In this document: piece after piece, positions 23,381-37,400 of the stretch
Layout: the number at the start of each line of letters is the position of its first letter
Numbering within the stretch: position 1 is the first letter of the stretch
Assembly: GCF_001194135.2 (NCBI RefSeq)
Contig: NC_068981.1
Location: forward strand, 42,022,265 to 42,086,264
DNA: 64,000 nt
Reading direction: 5' to 3'
From: Octopus bimaculoides
Lineage: Eukaryota
Translations under genes and position numbers: made by a program
The notes under the pieces: model-generated
What the model saw: only the letters and a program-made list of their open reading frames with translations
Database searches by the model: none
What the model was told of the DNA's origin: nothing

Positions 23381-24109
23381 AAATCAGAGATTTCAGTGAT
23401 AATCCTCACATTAAATGGGACATGCGATTTACCGTTTTGGTTTTATACTTGGTTTTATAAAACAGTGAATATTTCGAGCCTTAAGAAGTCTAGGAAAATA
23501 TTCGTAACTCATAGCACAACACAATACTTCATACTAAATCATCAGACAGTGTTGAGTAATCTTGATCAACTTTTATAAAACTTTGGGTTTGCAGTTAATC
23601 ACCGAAGAAATGATTGTTTTTAGTAAATGCCACACGAGACAAAGAATAATTTTCTTTAAAATGGACGATGACAGAATGATCTTGTTTAACCTCCTAGAAC
23701 GTAGCAATTTATTTTCCTTCTCGCAGTCTCAGAAGACAACATATTGCAAATTGTAAGATGGCTTTAAGTAAGGAAAACAAAAACAGAAAGAAGACAGAAA
23801 AAGAAAAACTCAAAGCTTAGTTGACCAAGCAAAATTGTTATAAAAACATAATTAAGGCATATATAGCTTTGAGGGTAAGATAAGATTATACATGAATACA
23901 ACATTAGTTGGATTCAGTGCCTCAGAGATACTGCATTCAGTAAACCAAGTCTTTTGAGATAAGTAGAATCCAAATAACCCCAAAACTATTAATGCCAAGT
24001 ATTATTTCGTTTTTCTTACTGAAAAAAGAAAGCATGCAATCGATTTCCCAGACATTTTGGATTGTTTATTGAAATAAATGAAGACATTCGACATCACGTT
24101 TCTTTATTC

Positions 24110-24128
24110 CTTTCTTTCTTTCTTTCTG

Positions 24129-24180
<52 letters not shown>

Positions 24181-24350
24181 TTATGAATTTTTCAAAATTC
24201 ATTTATTATGAATTTTATTAATTTTTGTATTGACTCCAAGAAAAAGAAAACTAGTTTATCGATTTACTGCTGCAATAATTTTCTGTGGTTTCCAACACTA
24301 GTAGACATCAACACGCACACACGCACGCACGAATGCACGCAACGCACGCA

Positions 24351-24434
<84 letters not shown>

Positions 24435-24792
24435 TAAAAATACAAAGACACGCACACACACGTATACACATAGACAAGCACACACACATAAATGCACAAG
24501 TAAACATTGAATGTACGTATGTACTTCAAGAAGGCCGAAGTACAAAATCTTGTTAGCCGATAGCATTGAATTTTTGTATATTTCACTAAAAGTATAATCA
24601 ACATCTTCGTTAATCAACGACTAATTAATACTTTCAATATTACAAAATAACCTTGGAATTTCCTGATATAACTTTAAGATCCTACAAATCAATATTGCTT
24701 TAAACTGTATTGTCCTCTTTGTCATTTTCATATGGAGAATATAGATACATGTATCTATACCGCCGTATATATATATATATATATATATATAG

Positions 24793-24832
<40 letters not shown>

Positions 24833-24960
24833 ATCTCTCTCTCTATATATATATCTCCCTATATATGTATATATATACGTACACACAGATACAAGCACAT
24901 GTATACATAGTGAATATGCAGGATGCATATTACACATGTATCATCTATATACAGACACTC

Positions 24961-24992
<32 letters not shown>

Positions 24993-25024
24993 ATGTATAT
25001 ATATATGTGTGTATGTATGAGAGG

Positions 25025-25068
<44 letters not shown>

Positions 25069-25210
25069 TTATTCGTATATTCCATAGATTACACATATCC
25101 GTGTGCTTACAGATGCATATACATACACGTACCTATGTGCATGTGTGTGAGTATGCGTGTGCTTCTATGAGTGTGTGCATGTGTGCATATGACTGTGTTT
25201 GTGTTTGAAA
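24110..25210. repeat. Cluster of (TTTC)n, (CA)n, (TA)n and (TG)n microsatellites
   Basis: Direct reading. It explains the ORF-track entries at 24208-25208. Confidence 0.93.
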
Positions 25211-26624
25211 TTTATATATGTGTATATGTTAAAGAGAAATAAAAGAGACAGTTAAAATCATTTCCAAACCGATATATTGATTTCTATTAAAAAAAAAATA
25301 ATAAAAATAAAACAAAATAGTTGAAAGTGCTTAGAAAACAAAACAGTTTTCGAAAATATCTTACTAAAATGAAATTATTATATCAAAAAGAAAAGAAAAA
25401 AGAAATAAATTACAATAAACATGTATAATACGAAATAGAATAAAATAAAAAAACTAGACACTGCAAAATATTTTTTAAATTTGCACCGGAGAATACAGAT
25501 TCTTTTAATATACATAACTACATTGATGCAGTGTGTTCTGAAAGTTCTCAGAATTCGATCTTTTACTAAGTTAACCAACTTTTAAATATTGACTGAAATG
25601 TTGCTTCTTTACAGTTCGCTTAACACAGAAGATTCATTTTTTTATTTTAGTAAAATAAATATAGTAACTATTTCAAATTGAAATACATACATAAATACAC
25701 ACACACGTACGTGCGTGCATCCCCCCACACACATACATATATGTCGTGTATGTATGTATGTATGTATATCTTTGTGTCTATTTGTTTGTATGTCTACATA
25801 CACACGCACACACGCGCACACAAATATGATGTAATGCTACAGCTTCACAAATCGGTATTCTTTCCATTAACAATAAATAAACATAAGATTGAACTAAACA
25901 ACATATTCAATTTTTAAAATAACTCACAAATGTTGAAGTTTAAAGCTTACATTAGCGATTTATTATTTAATAGTGAAATTAAACCCCGTCGGTTATAGGC
26001 CGAGTATTTGATTACGATTTAGATATAAATTATAGGTAAGCTGTTTTGTTTATTGTTTATGATAATAGAGAATGCTTTTGAAGTTGGATGCTTTAGTGAG
26101 ACATGGTCCCAATCTTTCTGAACAAATGATAATGGAATCTTCTCTCTATAAATAAGAACCGGTATTTGCAGAGCAAGGCAAATTGAGTGTTGAGATATAT
26201 TTTTCTCTTTCAATTTAAGTCAATAAGCTAAGTAAAGTGGAAGAGATCGATATCTTTCTATCTGAAAGATTTACACCTTTTCCTACTCTGCAATCGTTCC
26301 TACATAAAAAATAGTGACATTTGTGCCGAACAGGCCAAGGTCCTACAAGAAAAATCAAATACTAGTTGGATCGATACTCAACCACCGAACGGATTTCCTG
26401 TTTCTCTTTCTGCATACCTCGGGTTTTACGCAGAAATTGGGTTTTAGAACGTATCAAGTTCCAGTGTCGGATGAAGAACTCAGGCTTATTCAGACAAGGA
26501 GATAATACATTACTGACACGGTGGTTTTTATGCTTATGCATATATTAAAAATATATGAAAAAAGAAAGAGAAAATATGAATTAAGTACCGCTAAGCATTT
26601 CGCCCGGCGTGCTAACGATTCGCA

Positions 26625-26854
26625 TTTCTTTACTGCCCACAAGGCGCTACACACAGAGGGGACAAACAAGGACAGACAAAAGGATTAAGTCGATTATATC
26701 GACTCCAGTGCGTAACTGGTACTTATTTAATTGACCCCAAAAGGATGAAAGGTAAAGTCGACCTCGGCAGAATTTGAACTCAGAACGTAGCGGCAAACGA
26801 AATACCGTTAAGCATTTCGCCCGGCGTGCTAACGTTTCTGCCAGCTCGCCGCCT
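26625..26854 (-). mobile_element. Young SINE family A copy with an alternative 3' tail (...tgtccttgtttgtcccctctgtgtgtagcgccttgtgggcagtaaagaaa)
   Basis: Reverse strand reads aggcggcgagctggcagaaacgttagcacgccgggcgaaatgcttaacgg...gagttcaaattctgccgaggtcgactttacctttcatcc. Confidence 0.95.
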
Positions 26855-29204
26855 GAAAACACGAATTAAGTATTGGATATATTTTATTTGTTAACATCAG
26901 ATAGTACCGTCAAAAAGCTTATAGTGTAACTCAGTTCCTTATTCAATAAATTGCTGAGAGAAATTACTCAATATTAACCCGCCAGACTAATGTTCTCTTG
27001 TACACAAAGCATTGATTATTTCTAATTAGTTTTCAATGCTCGTCATTAAATATAGTTTCACTAAATTTACTCCTCTCAAATACCGGATCACTCTATCAAT
27101 TATCCTCACCTAAGATCTCAGCGATGTGGAGTTAGAGAAGAATAGACTAGAATAGTCAGTTACAGTGGAAAGTTAAACTGTAAATGCTTTCAAGATATAC
27201 GAGTTAAGCAATCGATTTTGTACTTTCGTTTCCAAAGAACTGGCGAATTTTGGTTAAACAAAGTTACATGGAACGCCAAGAGTTATGATTGTCAAATATT
27301 TCTGGGCACTACATTATATCGGCGTAAAAATAAACTAATTTATAGAAAAGATCTACTAATTTAAGAAGAAAACTTTTAGGAGAGAAGAAGTAACTGAATC
27401 AGATACTAAAAAGGCTATAAGACGGTACTGAGAAAAGTTTATAAGATGGTGTACCATCTTATGGACTATTGGTATCTGATTCGGTTTTATTTTCTGTCTA
27501 CGTCAATATATGTATATTTTTTAGGAATCAGTTTATTTTGATGGTGACATAATATAGTGCTAAAAACTGCTTGACATTCATACAACATTCATGCAATTTC
27601 GCTTAACCAAAATTTCGTCAGTTTTTTGCAAACAGAAATACAAAATCGACGGCTCAACGTGTTGGAATAATTTGTTTGAAGAGCAACCCCAAAGTTTCGA
27701 AACCGGAGAGTGGTATTTTCGCGCTTGATCTGTCAAAAGGTTTGAGGTTATAATAACCTAGCTGTAAGTCTAAATATCTTCGGAAATTCACTTGCGGAAT
27801 AAGCAGACTGAATTTATATACACATACAAATCTAAATTGTTGTGACTTAGTGATATTCACATCACTCCCTAGAATATTCAATGAGTTGGTACCTGTGATA
27901 AAATGTTCAACTCTAAATCCTAAACAGATTCGCATGGAACTCTACGGTGTTCGATTAAAACGATCTTTTGTAATTGTATTTCCTTCATGAATGATATTAA
28001 CCGTATTCTTATTTAAGTACCATAAAAGTTAGCGGAAACTTACTGTATTTAAGGTCTTACCTTAATTCAATGTGTATCGACTTTACCTTTCTTGTCGACG
28101 AGGTCAATAAATTAGGTACTAGAAATATAAGAGTCAATTCAGTAAACTATTAGAAAATTGTAACAAAAATGCCAATGGAAGAAATATATATACACACAAA
28201 GGCACACATATTTACAATCCTTTGCAAACAATTTACAAAGACATTTGACAGTACATTTATGTTGATACACGAGCACATATTCATTTATTCATCTATTCAT
28301 CCATCTGTATATACAAATATCTATACAAAAATACACACATACATAAATACATAGTCAGAGGTTTTTCTTTCAGAATACCAGTGTTACCACATGACGCTCT
28401 GTTCGTTCTAAAACAATAAGCAATGCCGCTCATTGAAACAACTACTCTGACATATAAAAAGAATTCTATGGATTGTGTTCCACGTGTTCCACGTGTTCCA
28501 CAAAAATATTTTTAGGAACATATCTGAGAAAATACAAGAGGGTACCTCTATGTAGCCTTTCGATCTGCTAGAAATAGCAGTAAAATCTCTCTCTCTCTCT
28601 TTCTCTCCGTCTCTTTCAAAGCACACTCCATAAAGTGTAGTCCTTGGTCCCTTAAAAGATGGAATGGTCACGACTGGGATACTTTTGGTCATGTTCAATG
28701 AAGGTCAACATGGGGCTAAACAACAGCAACAATGAATAGAACTCGGCATAATTTCGTAAGACAAAACGATGTGTTGGTGTGGAGATCGGTTGCTGAGTTG
28801 ATGTAAACATTTCGTAAATGATAAGAATAATTGCTTTGAATCACACAACTTCTTTACCTAGAATATAATCTTACATTGGGAACTGTTTTCTTTTGAGTAT
28901 TCGGTGCAGCTAAATGCTTAATAATTCTGAAAATTTAGGCTTTTCTGCAAAGTAAAATGCCAAAGTAAGGGGAACTGTAAGAATACACAAGGCTTTTCTA
29001 AAGTTTAAAATATAACCGTGTACTGAGATTTTTTCAGCGTAAATTCCAATGATACTTTTGTTTTAAAGTTAAAAACTGGAATTTTTCTTCAAAGAATTGA
29101 TTAAAAGGATATAAAAGGAATAGTAAGAAAAAGTAGTAGAGAAGCATAGTTAAGTTTAATGGTTCAAAGCAGTGAAATATTTAGAATTTCCTATATATGC
29201 ATAG

Positions 29205-29619
29205 GCGCAGGCTTAGCTGTGTGGCTAAAAAGCACGATTTACAATTGTTTCGGGTACAGTTCCCCTGCTCAGCACCTTGGGTGTTTTCTTCTATAGCCAT
29301 GGGCTGAATAATGCCAAGTGATTGAATTTGGTCGACAGGTGCACGTCGTAGTGAATGTATGTGTATGTCTATGTGTAAGTGTATATGTATGTGTATGTGT
29401 GTAAATGTGTGTATATGTGTGTATGTGTGTGTGTTTGATTTGACGACTGATATTGATCTGTTTGTGTCTCTGTAACTTAGCACTATGGCAAAAGAGTCCG
29501 ATAGAATAAGTACCAAGTTTAAAAACTATGTACTGCTGCCGATTTCTTTGATTAAAAGCCTTGAAAATGTTGTCCTAGCATGGCCATAGTTCAGTAACTG
29601 AAACAAGTAGAAGATAAGC
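29205..29619 (+). mobile_element. Composite SINE family B: tRNA/CORE-like head, internal microsatellite, 3' module; degenerate
   Basis: gctgtgtggctaaaaag...caccttgggtgttttcttctatagccatgggc...(TATGTG-like)n...gtaacttagcactatggcaaaagagtccgatagaataagtacc...gcatggccatagttcagtaactgaaacaagtagaag. Confidence 0.75.
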
Positions 29620-30419
29620 ATAATTGTCCGAAGTTCTTTTCGTATAGATCATACATATATAATGCCGGTGACGTCTGTTTTGCATGAGTATTTCGAGACG
29701 TTAGCTGTGTTGTACAAAATCATTTCTACAAAACATTTCCCAAGCCTCTGCAAAAATATTCGCACGAACAAACATGCTTGTGTAGATAAACACTCACACC
29801 CACACACTCACGTACACATGGACACACAAATACACATGTATATGGTATGCATAAAAAGCCTCCAAAAACTGCTGAAGTATTTTAGTAAACAGAAATATCA
29901 TTTCATTTTATTGATTAAATAAATTTAATTATAATCTCACTAATATCCTGAACGATTTGATAAATAAAATTTTTTGATTGAACCAAGTGATAAACAATTA
30001 TTTTCAGTTTTCTTTAGACATTACAATGCGAGACACATTGTTTTCTTCCTTTTCTTTCCTACTTTTTTATTCTTCTTGCAGTTTTAAAATAGAAACAACA
30101 ATAGTAGAAACTGTTCACGTATCAGAAATGTCAGAAAAATTATGCAGGTTAAACTTTCTCATCAGATTAAGATTTGTTCATTTAAATGTCAGATACTTAT
30201 TAACTTCTTAGTTCTACAGTCGACATAATTGCAGAAGGAAGATGTTTAGATAAAAGAAGCAAATTCTTACATTGCCAAAGTTAAATGATGAAGTAGAGAG
30301 ATAAATATGGAGGACAGAGTGCAGACGACACAGACATGCTGTTTCTCATCTACACACACATATAACATATACACACAAGCCAATCGCATATAACATATAT
30401 ACACACATGCCAATCACAT

Positions 30420-30438
30420 TTGTCTGTCTGTCTATTTA

Positions 30439-30504
<66 letters not shown>

Positions 30505-30520
30505 ATCTATCTATCTATTT
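30420..30520. repeat. (TCTG)n(TCTA)n microsatellite
   Basis: Direct reading. Confidence 0.95.
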
Positions 30521-33500
30521 AGGTATCTTATTTCTCTTTACACATTCTTTTACGTACATGGTGTATTTGTATTCTCCTTGTGCATAATCTCCCCGTGAGC
30601 TATTTAGTTTTTATATCTACTTCTCCATCTGATGTTATTTTCTTCTAGTTCTTCTTCCCAACCTTCTGTTTCTGGCGCAGCCATAAACATTTAATGTATA
30701 TTATACACGTACACACATAGCAAGCATAGTTTAATACACGCAAAAACACTTTCTAAGAAATACGTCGATATTTACAGCTTCAAATAACCGTTTTATATTT
30801 TGTTTGTGGAACATAACCATTAGTCTAAATCATTTAACATTGGAATAGGCCAGTTACAATGTAGGTCATTTTGGCGAGATGTAGGTTAAAAGAATTAACC
30901 TACAAAGTTGATAGGTCAAACGAGTGATTGAAATATGTTGGTGCGTACTTGTCCGTATGTTTATTTGTTTCTTTTCAAATGGCATCAGTGTGTTAGGAAG
31001 ATACTAAATAAATTGACCAAATGGTTGCTACAACAAATGACCCTAATTTTCTTTAATAATCAACACATTTTTTTCCCCTTCTTTACAAATAACGTAACGT
31101 ATGTCAGGCGGAATTATAGTAATTCCCTTGTAGGCTTTTGGCATCTACGACCTAGCACTTTAATAGACAAATATACAATACATTCAATAGACTGAATACT
31201 CGTTATTTTATTAAATGATGAAATAAATTGGTGATAAATGTTTTCAACTTTAGGAAATGTCAATTAATTGTGTGCATTTCCACAACGAATTAAATGGTTG
31301 CATTAACCGTTGGAAAATTTATCTACTAAGCGTATCTAGCGTGAGTCAGCTTAGTGGTGCTTTTCTTCTGCCTTAGAACAGTGACGTACGAGGTAACCAA
31401 ACGGTCTAGGAGTAGGTCAGACAACATTTTTAGGGGGCCATGGCGACATTTGTGTATTTAGGAAAAAGTTGTATGTATTGATTGATTGTTTGATTGGTTG
31501 TAAATTTTTACGACCACATTATTTGTATTATTTATGAATTTGAGATGTTTGCTCTTTAAATATGGTTAGTGATTACAATTATTTTTATAGTTTGAATTAA
31601 GATTCTATTTGAAGATTGAGGTTTATTCTATTCAGTCGAAGTTGGGTGGACTACAGACGATATCAAAATAGTGATTTGGGTTTATTTCAGTCTTGGAAAA
31701 TGGTTTTTCAGTTAAGTTACGGACAATTGCAGGTTTGAAATTAAAAACCGGTTCAGATGATATCATTACAAACTTAAATAATGTAAATGGACAGTGATAT
31801 CAATAAAAATACCAATTCATACAACTATTTTTAGGCGTCTATTACGACAATAGGAACACTTTTGATATGTGTGTAGTTTCACATTAATTTTAGGCTCATA
31901 GAAGTGATTACTTTTGTTCATTTTTTTTTATGTTGGAACCCTCACAATGGTTCAGTAAATCTTCATATTCACTTCGGAATCATGTATTGTTTAATCGCTA
32001 GTTTTGTGACCTCAGTTAATTTTCTTCTCATATTCATTCAAATGTAAATTCTAAGACTGTACACACGTTTCGTTGGTGAATAAAATGATATATTATCGAG
32101 GTATTCTCGAAGTTAAATTGATTAAAGCAAAAACTTCTGTTTGAGAAACTACTATAGATGACACTCCGTTTATATCTACGCTAATAAGTTTCATGACGCA
32201 TATTGAAATCAGTTACTGCTTACTTGACCTCAGTAAAAAGATCTTCACATATGGTATCCTAGCGAATAAGTCTTTTCATATACATCTGTATCCTAGTGAA
32301 TAAGTCTTCTCATATCGTAAAGTGTACCGCATTCTACATGCATATATAGCCCACTAAGCCGTTTTAAATATATTTGTTGTCTCATCTACAACCTTCCAAT
32401 AAAACAAACATTACTACGTTGCTTGTTTGAAGGATACTTAGGTATCATTTTTACACCGTCAGAGACTTTCTTTCGCGGCAAATCAATATTCTGATGCAAT
32501 CTGACTTCCTTGAGTTAAAATTCGTGTAACAACAATTATTCATTCTATAACAAACACATATTGTTCAATGAGGTTTCACTTAATTTGCAATGAAACCCAA
32601 ATACGTCATCACTTATGTTACGGAATTATTTTCATCAAAACGTCTTCTGAAAATCGGTTATTTTTGTTTTTCAATGACGCTTTCAATTATAGTTACCTTA
32701 ACGTAGAGATCATTCAGCTTTTCATATTTTTTTATGCCCGATCAATAGTGAGGATGAAGGCTGTACTTTTATAAACTGCAACCACATCTTTACAAGTGAG
32801 GCATGCATAGATAAACATACACCTATATAAAATTTCTATTTAACTTAATTAAATTATCTTTCCATTTTTCATCGAAGAAAGAAATATCGTCAGCAATTGC
32901 CTTTTCTTTTATTGGTACGAGCTGTTGAAGAAGGGAATACTTTAACACGTTTTACAATATTGAATTTAAATATTTAATAGAAAAATGCTCAAACACAAAT
33001 GAACCACAAAATACAAATGCTAATTATCTGTTATGAATTTCTGACTATTAAACCATAAATTCGTATGCAGTTCGACTGATAATTAATGTCACAAGACAAG
33101 TATGGCGGTTAACAATTTTTTATGCCTTAAGTAGTGTTAGTAGTGGTAGCGTTTTCGTCTTATAGTTATAACTATGTTTTTTTTTATATGGATATTTGGA
33201 TAGCTTTGTTAGTAGGCAATTTCAAATGTGAATGCGGGCGCAGGGTGCCTCATTCTTGGTTTTTAGAGAGGAAGGTCGGTAATCATTACTTTTGCCATTG
33301 ATTTTGAAACTGATTGAAGAAAGAGAAGAAACTACGACTCCTGTTGCACTAGGATGTAGAAATCATAATATCAATTTATCCTCTAACCAGAAACTAAACT
33401 TGCTCTTCTTTAAGTAACAGTTAATTCAATTTTATTTATTGTGGTCCAAGAGCGAGTATTAAATTTCCGCCTAAGTTGCAAAAATAAACTTAAGATATAT

Positions 33501-34168
33501 TTAAATTTCGTTTTTCTAAAAATATTTCATTTCCTTTTAGTGATTGTTAAACTAAGATTGAACGGTAAATAATATGGCTTACATTTTCAAAGTGCTGTGT
33601 AAATATACAAAGCAAAGTAAAGAGTGAAATAATTACAGGCTTTGGATTATACCAGTTTACACGTATTGCACTTATTGCTGCGCAGTTAATCTAAAAATCG
33701 ATTTTGATTCTTATACTTGAATGTTGTTATAGGCTTTTATATTGTCTTTTGATGTTATACCGAGATCGAAATCCCATTGTGAAATCGTTTTCTCGTTATT
33801 CTGTCAATGAAAGTGGTACCTTCCGATATTCATCAATCGATTAATTCCCTTAGGTCATTTTTAAGAAACGCAATTCTTACTGTCTTTAGACTAAATTATT
33901 GAATTTTCTTTTAGGTTTGACTTAATTTCACTAGTGAGTATGACTATAGCAAAGCAACAATTATAATTCTGTTTCCTTATTTCAAACCCTGTTGAAGTCC
34001 ATTTTGCATCTCCTCTCTCTGTTCTACGAGACTTTATTTATGACATACATTGCAGTCGATTAAAATTTCCCATTTTGTTAAGGACAAAATATTAAAGAAA
34101 ATAAATATTAAGAAAATGCAACAATTGTAAGTAACATATTTGTGAGGTAGTTTAATCAGGTTTTCCAC

Positions 34169-34266
34169 CATTAGCGTGAGTTTTCCTTTCATGTTTAGGG
34201 AGGAATTTCTTGAAATTATCTCCCCTTTCCGTTGAGAGTCGCTAACATTTGCTATTTTTTGTCTTC
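34169..34266 (-). CDS. Weak candidate coding exon of an unidentified gene
   Basis: Strong acceptor (tctcttttcattgcag|GA). Only the phase-1 frame is open: (G)RQKIANVSDSQRKGEIISRNSSLNMKGKLTLM. The donor is weak or uncertain and I recognise no domain. Confidence 0.2.
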
Positions 34267-35238
34267 CTGCAATGAAAAGAGACGTTTCAATTAATTCAGA
34301 TGAACTTTTGAGCACGCCAAACATCGATGTAGATAAACATATTAATTAATTATTTGTATTTGCACGTCTTTGTGTGTGTGTGAGTGTGTGAGTGTGTGTG
34401 TGTGAGTGTGTGAGTGCGCGCGCGCGTATGTATGTGTGGTTTTGAACATGTGCGTGCGTGTATTGAAAACGGAGGCTATATTCCCTCGCTCCTTTTAGTT
34501 TCCTGTATCTGTCACTCAGAATAACGATGCCATGAGGTCTCAGCTTCCATTTGATGTATACTATTACATGTATATGTACTTTCTTCTCTTACGTGTGTAT
34601 ATACACACATATAGCTATGAAGCGAGACAGGGTAATAGAACTCTAATTTCCAAAAGATAACATAAATATGAAATGATGTTATAATAATTTTTCCATCTTG
34701 TATCTCTCCGAATATGTAGTAACAATACAGGCGTGTACAATTACTTAAATATTTTGGGTAACGTTTCAGTTTTTGACTATTCCAGAAAAATATACAGAAA
34801 GAAAAATAAAGCACAAGAAAAATAAACCACGTTTCTAGAATTTTTTCCCATTGTAATAATAAGCAAATGTAGTAAACATAAAAGGTAAAATTGTTGCTGT
34901 TTCATCTGTCTTTTTTTTGGTTTATTATTCAACTTACAGACACCATCTTAATGTCATTGCAACCGTTTTTGAAGTTTGACATTTTCAGTACTACTGTTTC
35001 CAATTAACTATAATATCGTAATAATTGTATTCGTTTTCTCTATTCTCTGTATTCTGTTTGTCCACACATGGAACATTTTAGACAGAAAATTGTACTTCTG
35101 TGGCTAGATACGAGACTCAACAAACAAAAAGATAAGGGAGTGGGAGCATAAAATAGACTGCTAAAGGCTGAGATTAAGGGATTAACCACTTTTTTTTACA
35201 ACAAGACTAGCTTTACCACCAATATTATTCTTGATACT

Positions 35239-35455
35239 AAGGCGGCAAGCTAGTAGAGTTGTTAGCACGGCAGGCAAAATGTTTAGCGGCATTTCGTCCG
35301 TCATTACTTTCTGAGTTCAAATTCCACCGAGGTCGACTTTGCTTTTCATCCTTTCGGGGACGATAAAATAAGTAACAGTTGATCACTGGGATCGATGTAA
35401 TCGACTTAGTCTCCTCCTCCTCGAACTTCTGGCCTTATTCCAAAATTCGAACCTA
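35239..35455 (+). mobile_element. SINE family A
   Basis: aaggcggcaagctagtagag...ttctgagttcaaattccaccgaggtcgactttgcttttcatcctttcggggacgataaaataag...gatcgatgtaatcgact. Confidence 0.9.
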
Positions 35456-35469
35456 AAATTGTCGCTAAG

Positions 35470-35740
35470 ACTATGACAACCACAATCAACGTCACTACTA
35501 CCACAATCACCACTACCACTACTCCACAGTATCACCACCACCATCACCACTAATATTACTATCATCACTACTATCATTGCAATTCTCCTACATCTCAACC
35601 GTTATCGACAGTCAGAATATCCTTCTCACCAAAACAACCACTACCGCCACTACAGCCGTCTCAATCCTCATTACAATACAATCACCACTCCTGAGACCAT
35701 CCACCACCACAATAACTTCACTGCTATCATTATCATCATG
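35470..35740. repeat. Degenerate (CAC/ACT/ATC)n low-complexity tract
   Basis: Direct reading. Confidence 0.8.
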
Positions 35741-36144
35741 AAGAATCAGTTGATAAATTTATGAAAGTGTCAAAATGGTCGCACGAACAAATTACATATT
35801 ATGGTCGGAGAAATACTATTGTCACGGCTAGAATGTCAACAACAATATGGATCAGTTCAACCTACTCGGGAACTTTTATATGGTCCCTCGACTCACTACA
35901 AAAAGCAATTAAATGTCCTTTAAATTATGGTCTACAGTCTTGAAAGGGGAGGAACACATTCGATAATATAATCCCAAATATTATACAATGTCCGACGGAT
36001 GGAAAGCAAGATCATGTATAGAATGTTTTTCATTATGGATATAATCAATCAGGGTAGACCTGGGGTTAAATAACATTAGTCAGTAAAAGTTACACTTATA
36101 CCACTGTAAATGTAATTTTGTTCTTGTTTGATGAACTCCCTGAC

Positions 36145-36345
36145 CTTTTAGAGAATTCGTTTCCACATTACGAATTACCGAATCACTAAAAATTATTGTG
36201 ATAATACCCTTCAGTAGAACTTCATCTTGGTTCATTACAGTTATTGTCATGTTTGACACCGCAAATCCACTTTTTGTGTCAGTGTTGTCTGGTGTCACAT
36301 CCTCTATGTTATTAGCAGAAATTATATCTATATCCGACGCCCTCC
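36145..36345 (-). CDS. Weak candidate coding exon (201 nt, phase 1-1); an overlapping plus-strand frame is also open
   Basis: ttttcaatgctag|GG...AAAG|gtcagg gives GRASDIDIISANNIEDVTPDNTDTKSGFAVSNMTITVMNQDEVLLKGIITIIFSDSVIRNVETNSLK. The sequence is non-repetitive and lies in both the 36080-36379 (-) and 36198-36452 (+) ORFs. Confidence 0.28.
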
Positions 36346-36787
36346 CTAGCATTGAAAACTTAGTCTTCAACACATGCAAACCCGTTTATCCTAATACGAA
36401 TCTATTCACACAGCAGAGGATAATTTCAATTGCTTGTATTGTTGTTGGTTAGCCTCTGCCTAATACTGATAAAACAGTCCAATGATCAAATTTTTTCAGG
36501 CAGAGCATATTAATGTTCTATAAATTACTAAAAAAAAAAATTAAAAAAAGGGTGTAATGTAAGCGAGATTTGATTGCAGGTTGAATGAACATTCAGAATT
36601 TATCCCATTGGTTCGTAGCTCTCTCGTAAGTTGGTTGTGAAGGTCGCTGTTGAAGTTGGTGGTGGGGATTATGTGATTTTGTTGCTGAACAGAAAGATGA
36701 ATGTAGCAATAGTCGATTTAACACAGTTAAAATCGCATTTCGGAATAGAGGTTGAGCAGTCAACTGTTCAGTCTGTGTGTATGTATA

Positions 36788-37171
36788 TCTTTTATATTTT
36801 ACTTGTTTCTGTCATTGAACTGTGGCTGTGCTGGTGCATCACCTTGGAGGGCATAATAGAACAAACTGACCCCAGCATTTATTTTTTTTAGTCTGGTACT
36901 TATTCTATCGGTCTCTTGCCAAACTGCAAATTTGTCGGGATATAACCAAACCAATACCGGTTGTCAAGCGGTAGTGAGAAGCAATCATAACACAAACACA
37001 AATACACACACACACACACACACACACNNNNNNNNNNNNNNNNNNNNNNNNNNNNNNNNNNNNNNNNNNNNNNNNNNNNNNNNNNNNNNNNNNNNNNNNN
37101 NNNNNNNNNNNNNNNNNNNNNNNNNNNNNNNNNNNNNNNNNNNNNNNNNNNNNNNNNNNNNNNNNNNNNNN

Positions 37172-37206
<35 letters not shown>

Positions 37207-37400
37207 TCTCCCTCTCTCGTCTCTCACATACATGCACAAACATGTACATACAATGCGTTTTTCAGAATTTCAGAGTTTCCGTTTACCAGATTTAATCATA
37301 AGGCGTTGGATGACCCGGGGCTATAAATGCAGACACTTGCCGAAGGTTCTGTGTAATTGGTCAGAACCAGAAACTACGTGGTTGCAAAATGAGCTTCAAT
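36788..37400 (-). mobile_element. Composite SINE family B with internal (GA)n-gap-(TG)n microsatellite
   Basis: The 3' module (ttttacttgtttctgtcattgaactgtggctgtgctgg...tacttattctatcggtctcttgcc) and the head (gacacttgccgaagg...gaaactacgtggttgc) flank the repeat. Confidence 0.8.

Noticed and set aside
14086-23745. Small plus-strand GT-AG candidates (IEDFHFQISDVWLLIE at about 14090-14145, EGDILTLVKTIVY at about 15407-15447, SSICMTVLLIGSIES at about 18643-18690, SEDNILQI at about 23725-23750)
   Set aside because: They are too short, form no consistent phase chain and show no recognisable domain. Such sites are expected by chance in AT-rich DNA.
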